Virus record (IMG/VR): IMGVR_UViG_3300036766_002289
Location: 124,001 to 188,000 of that record
Direction: 5' to 3' (one strand)
Length of the DNA stretch: 64,000 nt
Below the pieces are notes generated by a model. It was not told where the DNA came from and did not search any database. It saw only the letters and a program-made list of their open reading frames with translations. Of the stretch, positions 57,286-64,000 are shown piece after piece (within the stretch, counting starts at the first letter, position 1; the number at the start of each line of letters is the position of its first letter). The translations under genes were made by a program, and so were the position numbers.

Positions 57286-58227
57286 ATGAGCGACATGTTA
57301 TGCACAATATGTAAAAAAGTAAAAGTTAGGCACTTATATTGTGAAAAGTGCCGTAAGGATTATTGGAAGACCTACTTAAAAGTCTACAGAAAAAACAATA
57401 AAGCAAAAATTTCGAACCTCAATGAAGAATGGAGAAAAAGCAATAAGGAATATTGTGCCGAGTATAAAGTCCTGTATTATAGGTCGTTAAAAGGAAGATT
57501 AGTTGAGCTTCTACGCTCGGCAAAAAGGAGGGCGAAGAAAAGGAGTTTAAACTTTAACTTAACATTAGAGTTTTTAGAAGCGTTGTGGGCAGTACAAAAT
57601 GATCGATGTGCAGTAACTGGTTTGATTTTAAATATTCCGCAAACAACCAATAATGGAAAAGCACAGCCGTTTTCTCCTTCTATTGATCGCATTGACCCAG
57701 CCAAAGGATATACGGAGGGCAATGTTAGAATAGTATGCTATGTGGTTAATTGTGCGTTGCATTTTGGCATAAATGTATTTAGTGTAATATCAAGGGCATA
57801 CTTGAATGGCATAATACCATCTGAAATGCCCTGTAGAAATGACGATGCGGCATTGCCCAAGGATAAAAATTATCGAGAAGGCCCAAAAGGTGTAATCAGC
57901 GCACTCTACAACCAATGCAGGAAGAATGCTAAAGCAAAAAACATAGAGTTTAAAATTACGAAAAAATTTATAGCTAAACTATTTGTTAAACAAAAAAATA
58001 AATGTATTTTAACTAGCATTACTTTCAGCAATCTACTGGTAGGGAATAAACAAAGTAATCCTTTTAGAGCGTCTATTGACAGAGTTAACCCCAAGATTGG
58101 ATATGTGCCTAAAAATATTAGATTAGTCATCGTAGCAATGAATTATGCCATGAATGAATTCGGGGAAAACATTTTCAAGGAGATTTGTGAGGCATATGAG
58201 AATAATTTACTCAAACCATCCAGTTGA
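57286..58227 (+). CDS. Protein with two tandem His-Me finger endonuclease domains
   Basis: PSIDRIDPAKGY..GNVR and ASIDRVNPKIGY..KNIR. Confidence 0.8.
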   Translation: MSDMLCTICKKVKVRHLYCEKCRKDYWKTYLKVYRKNNKAKISNLNEEWRKSNKEYCAEYKVLYYRSLKGRLVELLRSAKRRAKKRSLNFNLTLEFLEALWAVQNDRCAVTGLILNIPQTTNNGKAQPFSPSIDRIDPAKGYTEGNVRIVCYVVNCALHFGINVFSVISRAYLNGIIPSEMPCRNDDAALPKDKNYREGPKGVISALYNQCRKNAKAKNIEFKITKKFIAKLFVKQKNKCILTSITFSNLLVGNKQSNPFRASIDRVNPKIGYVPKNIRLVIVAMNYAMNEFGENIFKEICEAYENNLLKPSS

Positions 58228-58699
58228 AATCACACAAAATTCATTGTTTTTATGTGGGCCTTCGCCCCGTTCCAAGGACGTTAAATCTTGGCGTCCAGAA
58301 GCATTAAAAATATTGGGTACACTGGAATATAGTGGCACAATTTATGTCCCTGAATGGGATTCTAATGTGCCAAAAATCAATTATATTGAACAGGTTGAAT
58401 GGGAATATGCACATCTTGAAAACTGTGGATTAGTAGTTTTTTGGGTTCCGAGAAAACTCGACACAATGCCAGCCTTTACCACTAATGTAGAATTTGGTTC
58501 CTATGTTAGGTCGGGCCGTATCCTCTATGGTCGGCCTAAAAGAGCAGAAAAGTGCGAATACTTAGATTGGCTCTATACCAAAGTCACTACTCGAATCCCG
58601 CATGAAAATTTGCTTGAGCTTCTTAAAGAAGCAATAAGTCGTGTGGCTCAAATACAAAATCCAAATCATTGGGTATGTAGATCAGGATATAGTTTATGA
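58196..58699 (+). CDS. Nucleoside 2-deoxyribosyltransferase-like protein
   Basis: LFLCGP, SWR, QVEWE, VFW, TTNVEFG. Confidence 0.75.
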   Translation: MRIIYSNHPVEITQNSLFLCGPSPRSKDVKSWRPEALKILGTLEYSGTIYVPEWDSNVPKINYIEQVEWEYAHLENCGLVVFWVPRKLDTMPAFTTNVEFGSYVRSGRILYGRPKRAEKCEYLDWLYTKVTTRIPHENLLELLKEAISRVAQIQNPNHWVCRSGYSL

Positions 58700-59025
58700 A
58701 AATCAAATATGTAGTAATGGAAGATGACTGTATAATCACGGTGGAAGATACAGAAAAAGAAGCCCAAGAATGTATTGATCGTTATATGGAAAAAATCAAT
58801 ATGCCAACAATGAAAGAAATTCTAAGCCGCGTCGAAAAGAAACGCGGAGAATTACCGAAAATAGTTCAGGTTGTTCCCCACGATTGGGATGCCATAGTAT
58901 TAGCAGATACTATACGTGCGTTACGACCTTATTTGCGACATGATAAAGATTGTCAAATTTTGGATAATTGGAATTGTAAAAAAGGTTGTGATTGTGGCTT
59001 GGGCAAAATAGATTTAGGAGATTAG
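58696..59025 (+). CDS. Hypothetical protein
   Basis: Coupled ORF. Confidence 0.5.
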   Translation: MKIKYVVMEDDCIITVEDTEKEAQECIDRYMEKINMPTMKEILSRVEKKRGELPKIVQVVPHDWDAIVLADTIRALRPYLRHDKDCQILDNWNCKKGCDCGLGKIDLGD

Positions 59026-59026
59026 T

Positions 59027-60326
59027 ATGAAAAAAGTTCACATTATTGGTGGCGGTACTTTAACCCACATTCGTCCACATCTTTCTTTGTGCGCACCAGC
59101 CTATGGTGGCACTGCGCGTCGTCTGGCAAATCTATGCAAATTTCATAATCTGGAAGTTAATTTGCACCTTACTAGAATGGCTGGTGGTAAAAAAAACACT
59201 AGAAACAGTTTGGGACGTTGGCAATCTTTTAGATGAGATCAATGCAGACCTTGATTCAAAGATTGTATTCATGCCTGTTGCCATGTGTGATTTTGAAGCA
59301 ATTGTTGGGCTTAATAATGTTTCATTTGCTCCACTTGCTAATCCTGATGGGCCTAGACTAACTACGCACACACTTGACAGGATGCAACCTGAAACATGGC
59401 CACATCTAAGATTGAAACCGATGCCTAAGTTAATCAATGATATTCGCCGTGGGCGTAAAGATATTTTTGTTGTTGGTTTCAAACATACTGCAAATGTTAC
59501 GGCAGAAGAACAATATATTGCAGGACTTAATCTCTTGAAAGAATCTTCCTGCAATCTAGTCCTAGCCAATGATACATCAACAGGGCTTAATATGGTAATT
59601 ACACCAGAAGAGGCTAGGTATCATGCTACTACTGATCGTACAAAAGCGTTGGAGGGACTGGTAGAAATGGCTTACTTAAGAAGCCAATTGACCTTCACTC
59701 GTTCTACAGTTGTTGCGGGTGATTCAATTCCTTGGAGTTCTCCATTAGTGCCAGCAGCCCTTCGCGCTATTGTAAATTATTGTATTGCTCAAGGTGCATA
59801 CAAACCTTTTCGTGGCTCGACTGTTGGCCATTTTGCCTGCAAGATAAATGACAAGGTTTTTCTAACAAGCAAACGCAAAACCAATTTCAATGACCTTGAA
59901 AAAAATGGGTTGGTAATGGTTGAAACGGATGGGCCAGATAGCGTTATTGCCTATGGTAGTAAGCCTAGTGTTGGCGGACAGTCTCAGCGTATCGTGTTCA
60001 ATGAACATCGAGACTATGACTGCATTGTACACTTCCATTGCCCTATCAAGGCTGGCTCAGGAGTGCCACAAGTTTCTCAGAGAGAATATGAATGCGGCAG
60101 TATGCAGTGTGGACAGAATACTTCTAAGGGTTTAAAAAAGTTTGGGAATCTTAGTGCCGTGTATCTGCAAGAACATGGTCCTAATATTGTTTTTAATAGT
60201 AAAATTGACCCTAAAGAAGTAATCAACTTCATCAATCATAATTTCCATCTTGATGAAAAGACTGGTGGCCCTGTAACTCTCAAGGAAATTCGTGAGACTC
60301 CGAATACCTTGGAATCGCTAATTTGA
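59027..60326 (+). pseudogene. CoaB/DFP-like domain fused to a class II aldolase-like domain, split by a frameshift at an A8 run (59189-59196)
   Basis: GGGT..HIR...AYGGT start; +1 frame VAMCDF, VVGFK, LVLAND; then GHF...FLTSKR, IVHFHC, HGP. Confidence 0.65.
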
Positions 60327-60379
60327 GGTTAAATAATGTTGTTCTTGGAATGCATTTGTGGAGGAAAAAAGAAAAAATC

Positions 60380-60973
60380 ATGGCAAAGTTTGTGTGTAGT
60401 GACTGGCACTGCGGCGAAGACAGATTCGAACTTATGGGTCGGCCATTCACTTCTATTGAAGGAATGATTGACACCCTGATTAAGAATCACAATTCTCTAG
60501 TAATGCCAGATGATGAAGTCTATATGGTTGGTGATGTTTGTTATCAAAAACGTCCAGAATATCTTAGTCGAGTCGCAGATTTCAATGGTAAAAAGACTCT
60601 AATTCGTGGGAATCATGATAGGGTTCTTTCCGATACTGATTTCCTAATGTATTTTGACAAAGTAATTGCTGATGGTGCTGGTATTGATCTAGACATTGAA
60701 GGCATTCCTTGTTATCTTACACACTATCCCACTCGTGGGCGGCAAGATAGGTTCAACCTAGTCGGACATGTGCATGGAGCCTGGCGTTACCAACTTAATT
60801 CTTTTAACATTGGGGTTGATGCGAATCATTTTTATCCCGTAAACCTAAAAACAATTCCGTTTCACTTTAAAGCAATTTGTGAGTATTACGATCAGGATGT
60901 ATGGGTAGGATACGACCCTATAAATGAAATTTATAAAGGTGTTCGGGGCAAAAAAGGAAGTTATTTTACGTAA
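60380..60973 (+). CDS. Calcineurin-like metallophosphoesterase
   Basis: SDWHCG, VGDV, RGNHD, THYP, GHVHG. Confidence 0.88.
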   Translation: MAKFVCSDWHCGEDRFELMGRPFTSIEGMIDTLIKNHNSLVMPDDEVYMVGDVCYQKRPEYLSRVADFNGKKTLIRGNHDRVLSDTDFLMYFDKVIADGAGIDLDIEGIPCYLTHYPTRGRQDRFNLVGHVHGAWRYQLNSFNIGVDANHFYPVNLKTIPFHFKAICEYYDQDVWVGYDPINEIYKGVRGKKGSYFT

Positions 60974-61824
60974 GTCAAAACCTTTTGAAATTTAATATAT
61001 TTCCTTGATAATCCACCAACCCAATCACCTTCGTATATAAATTGCCCAAATAAATTTACATGTGGTTTTTTGCTACAAATAAATTGTGAGGAATTACCCT
61101 TATCGGTTATTCTTTTGCGTATATTATAATTCCATCCCTGTTTTTCAAAAAGAGTTATGGCAAATGTCCAATCTTGTAATATGGGTCCACTAAACGATAA
61201 TTGCGGATACCAGCCTTTTTTGGTGTAATAGATACAGCCATCTCCATCGAAGAATCCACGCCACCAGAAACAATGAAGTTTTTCTGGTATGTTACTTAGA
61301 ATCTTACTTGCGCTTTCATGCTTAGTTTGATAAGAATTATTTTTAAGGTATTCAAATAAAAAAGGGTTTGAGGTATCAAAACATCCTTGCGCATTTTTTA
61401 CTCTAGTTGCATATTGTTTCTTTTTGCTCTTATAAAAATTCCAGGTTCCAGTTGACATGAAAAGTTCTTTTATGTCCATTGCGTCTTTTAATTTTAGATT
61501 TAATCTAATTCTTTTAGAATAGCCAAAACCATCTAAGCAGCCATCGGCCCATATTAAACCCAACAAATATGCAGATTCTGGTGTTTTCACATCTATGAAT
61601 TGCTGTGCGTTAACTGGATATTTATCCATAGACTTCTTATGTCGCGTACTATGACTTAGCTGTAATTGGTCTTTATTAAGGTGTAGGTCTAGCGAACAGA
61701 CTTTTAATTTGATTCTTTGTTCTTTGATGCCTAAAGATTCTACACAAAATTTAAGTCCATGTTTTGGATAAAATTCTCGAAGTAATTGTATTTGATTTTC
61801 AGTCCATTTATTATATTGTCTCAT
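60961..61824 (-). CDS. LAGLIDADG homing endonuclease
   Basis: AYLLGLIWADG and WRGFFDGDG. Confidence 0.88.
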   Translation of the reverse strand: MRQYNKWTENQIQLLREFYPKHGLKFCVESLGIKEQRIKLKVCSLDLHLNKDQLQLSHSTRHKKSMDKYPVNAQQFIDVKTPESAYLLGLIWADGCLDGFGYSKRIRLNLKLKDAMDIKELFMSTGTWNFYKSKKKQYATRVKNAQGCFDTSNPFLFEYLKNNSYQTKHESASKILSNIPEKLHCFWWRGFFDGDGCIYYTKKGWYPQLSFSGPILQDWTFAITLFEKQGWNYNIRKRITDKGNSSQFICSKKPHVNLFGQFIYEGDWVGGLSRKYIKFQKVLTYVK

Positions 61825-61966
61825 AATATTATCTATGTTGGTGTGCAAAATTTTATTGAATAATTCTGACTATTTTGCTAACATGCAAATGAGAAAATAA
61901 GATGAGACCATGTGTGACTCCACAAGCAATTATTGAACACAGAAGTAAACCAAGGGGATTTCCAGT

Positions 61967-62164
61967 ATGACTAGAGAAGAATACATTGAGAATTATGTGG
62001 TGCATTTTCTTGCTGTCTGGACGGCAAACAATTTCAATGATTATTGCAGTCGTGGCAAACATAAGCAACTTGAGAACCCACCTTTTGAGGATGCAGTATT
62101 CTTAGCTGCTCAAACTTGGGACAAGTTTCAAGAATTTTGTATCAATAGAACAAGGAATGAGTAA
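61967..62164 (+). CDS. Small hypothetical protein
   Basis: ORF track. Confidence 0.5.
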   Translation: MTREEYIENYVVHFLAVWTANNFNDYCSRGKHKQLENPPFEDAVFLAAQTWDKFQEFCINRTRNE

Positions 62165-62419
62165 ATGGCTGGATATCATCTGAATGACATTCCCCGTGGC
62201 GAATACGGTGAGCTTTCTAAGGTAATTGAAGAAGCTTTAGAGCTAAAAGACGCTATGGAACAAGGGCAGAAATTGATGTGTCTTATTGAGCTTGCCGATA
62301 TACTCGGGGCCATCGAAGGATATTTAGAAAAATATTATGAAGGCAAGATTACTGTTGATGATCTTTTTAACATGTCCTATGCTACCAAAAGAGCTTTTGA
62401 GTCAGGATATAGAAAATGA
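62165..62419 (+). CDS. MazG-like NTP pyrophosphohydrolase
   Basis: KVIEEALEL...ELAD. Confidence 0.55.
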   Translation: MAGYHLNDIPRGEYGELSKVIEEALELKDAMEQGQKLMCLIELADILGAIEGYLEKYYEGKITVDDLFNMSYATKRAFESGYRK

Positions 62420-63309
62420 GTATTGAAGATAAGAAACGTGGAGCATTCTGGGGCTTAATTATCGGGGACGCTCTTGGGGCACCCGTAGAATTTAAAATGC
62501 CTGGTGAATTTGTTCCAGTAACAGATTACCAGAGTGGTGGCCCACATAGCCTTAATAAGGGCGAATGGACTGATGATACAAGTCTTGCTCTTGCTCTTGC
62601 TGATAGTCTGGCCAATGGCTGGAATACTAAAGACCAACTTGACAAGTATTGTAGCTGGTATGAAGAAGGCAAGTACTCCGTCAATGGTTGGTGTTTTGAT
62701 ATCGGTGGCACTACAAAACATGCCTTGGAAAACTATAGGGACAGTGGTAATCCAGAAACTTGTGGGCTAGCCGATGATGATTATTCAGGGAATGGTTCGA
62801 TTATGAGATTGGCACCAGTGCCAATTAAATATTCAGAATTGTTTTTTGATCTAGATGAACTCATCAGATTAGCAGAAGAATCTAGTGCTACAACTCATGC
62901 AAGTAAGAAATGTAGAGATTGTTGTGCATACCTAGCCACATTAATAGCTGGATTAATCAATGGAATTGATAGGGAAATCTTACTGAATGACCCTTATTAT
63001 ATTCCACCAAAAGTATGTACAGCCGTAAGACTAGTCGCAGAAGGTAGTTACCGCAAAAACAAGGTCAAAGGCAGTGGTTATGTAGTAGAAAGCTTGGAAG
63101 CTGCTTTATGGGCTTTTCACAAAGCTGAGAATTTCAGGAAAGCTGTCTTGGCTGCGGTTAATCTAGGAGATGATGCGGACACTACGGCGGCGGTCTGTGG
63201 GCAGTTGGCTGGGGCTTATTGGGGGTTTGAAGCTATTCCAGAGGAATGGCGTATTAATTTAGCTAAAAATGATTTAATAGAAGGCTATTTTAATGCCCTG
63301 ATAAAATAA
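62416..63309 (+). CDS. ADP-ribosylglycohydrolase (ARH/DraG family)
   Basis: IIGDALG, WTDDT, GNGSIMRLAP, GDDADT. Confidence 0.93.
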   Translation: MSIEDKKRGAFWGLIIGDALGAPVEFKMPGEFVPVTDYQSGGPHSLNKGEWTDDTSLALALADSLANGWNTKDQLDKYCSWYEEGKYSVNGWCFDIGGTTKHALENYRDSGNPETCGLADDDYSGNGSIMRLAPVPIKYSELFFDLDELIRLAEESSATTHASKKCRDCCAYLATLIAGLINGIDREILLNDPYYIPPKVCTAVRLVAEGSYRKNKVKGSGYVVESLEAALWAFHKAENFRKAVLAAVNLGDDADTTAAVCGQLAGAYWGFEAIPEEWRINLAKNDLIEGYFNALIK

Positions 63310-63317
63310 ATAAACAC

Positions 63318-63665
63318 ATGAAAACAAAGGATTATTATTGGTGTTTAACTGTAAAAAATGGAACTAATCTTGACTTTATCTTTGCAGAAACCGTCAAAGA
63401 AAACAATATAGTCGCAGCATGTATGACAAAGGATACTAAGGCTTCTATTTGGACAGAGGGCAAGACAGAAACAGAGGCGGTGGCAAGTTTAAAGGTCAAA
63501 TTAGAAGAAAAATTTGGTAAAATCCAGAGATGGAATGATATAATGTTCGAAGTATCCATCTTTGATAAGGATGGGAAGCACAAAGATATCGCACCTGGGC
63601 CTATATGGTGGACAGGCAGGAATGGTTATAGTCCTCAAGATGGAAGAAGGTTAACTCATGACTGA
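63318..63665 (+). CDS. Hypothetical protein
   Basis: ORF track. Confidence 0.5.
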   Translation: MKTKDYYWCLTVKNGTNLDFIFAETVKENNIVAACMTKDTKASIWTEGKTETEAVASLKVKLEEKFGKIQRWNDIMFEVSIFDKDGKHKDIAPGPIWWTGRNGYSPQDGRRLTHD

Positions 63666-64000
63666 TGAACAAGTTAAAAAAGAATTAGAGAAATTATTTT
63701 CGGAATGGAACATACTGCCTACACTGGAAAAGCTATATCAAGGGTTTGAGAAATATCAAGGTTGTTTTCATGATGTAGAATCACGCAGCGAGACAGTTTA
63801 TCCTTGGCCTTTTTCACCCAAAGGAGACGAAATGGAAAGCATTAAGAAACTTTTAGTAGGTAAAACTATTGCTAGTGTTGACTTTAGCAATTACAAAGCA
63901 ACTTCTGATACAATGGTTTTGAAATTCACAGACGGCACTAATATAAAGATTGTATCGGACCCCAATTGCACATTTGATGGTCTATCCTTCTACGTTCAAA
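63658..64000 (+). CDS. Hypothetical protein, partial (runs off window end)
   Basis: ATG overlaps the upstream stop; frame open to the end. Confidence 0.5.
   Translation, partial: MTDEQVKKELEKLFSEWNILPTLEKLYQGFEKYQGCFHDVESRSETVYPWPFSPKGDEMESIKKLLVGKTIASVDFSNYKATSDTMVLKFTDGTNIKIVSDPNCTFDGLSFYVQ

Noticed and set aside
1-64000. Genome-wide TAG reassignment (genetic code 15)
   Set aside because: Long genes are intact under code 11, and clpX and prs end at TAG at their natural C-termini. Only one internal TAG gene was found.

Overview
AT-rich, gene-dense segment of a large (jumbo/huge) tailed-phage genome. Supporting signs are many short hypothetical ORFs, many free-standing homing endonucleases, an intein, a gp23-like capsid paralog, tRNAs and host-like auxiliary genes. 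No ribosomal or housekeeping operons are seen. The sigma factor and CsrA hint at a Planctomycetota host (inference). Positions 1-18 kb are a glycan synthesis and modification island (gmd, fcl, GT11 fucosyltransferase, RgpF-like proteins, many methyltransferases, one with an intein). The rest holds metabolic and regulatory genes (pyrE, folD, prs, csrA, clpX, site-2 protease, sigma-70, CarF/TMEM189-like desaturase) and an ADP-ribosylation set (WGR-PARP plus two ARH hydrolases). The most striking signal is a translation-control kit with three parts. (1) An amber-suppressor tRNA (anticodon CTA, 46513-46585) occurs in a genome that still uses TAG as a stop. (2) A Pth2-like peptidyl-tRNA hydrolase gene has an in-frame TAG at codon 6 (52524-52886), so it appears to be expressed only by amber read-through. 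(3) A 185-nt tRNA-shaped RNA with a 116-nt insert in place of the anticodon loop (45289-45473) lies directly upstream of a stand-alone EF-Tu domain II protein, near IF-1. All family assignments come from motif recognition by eye, not database searches.
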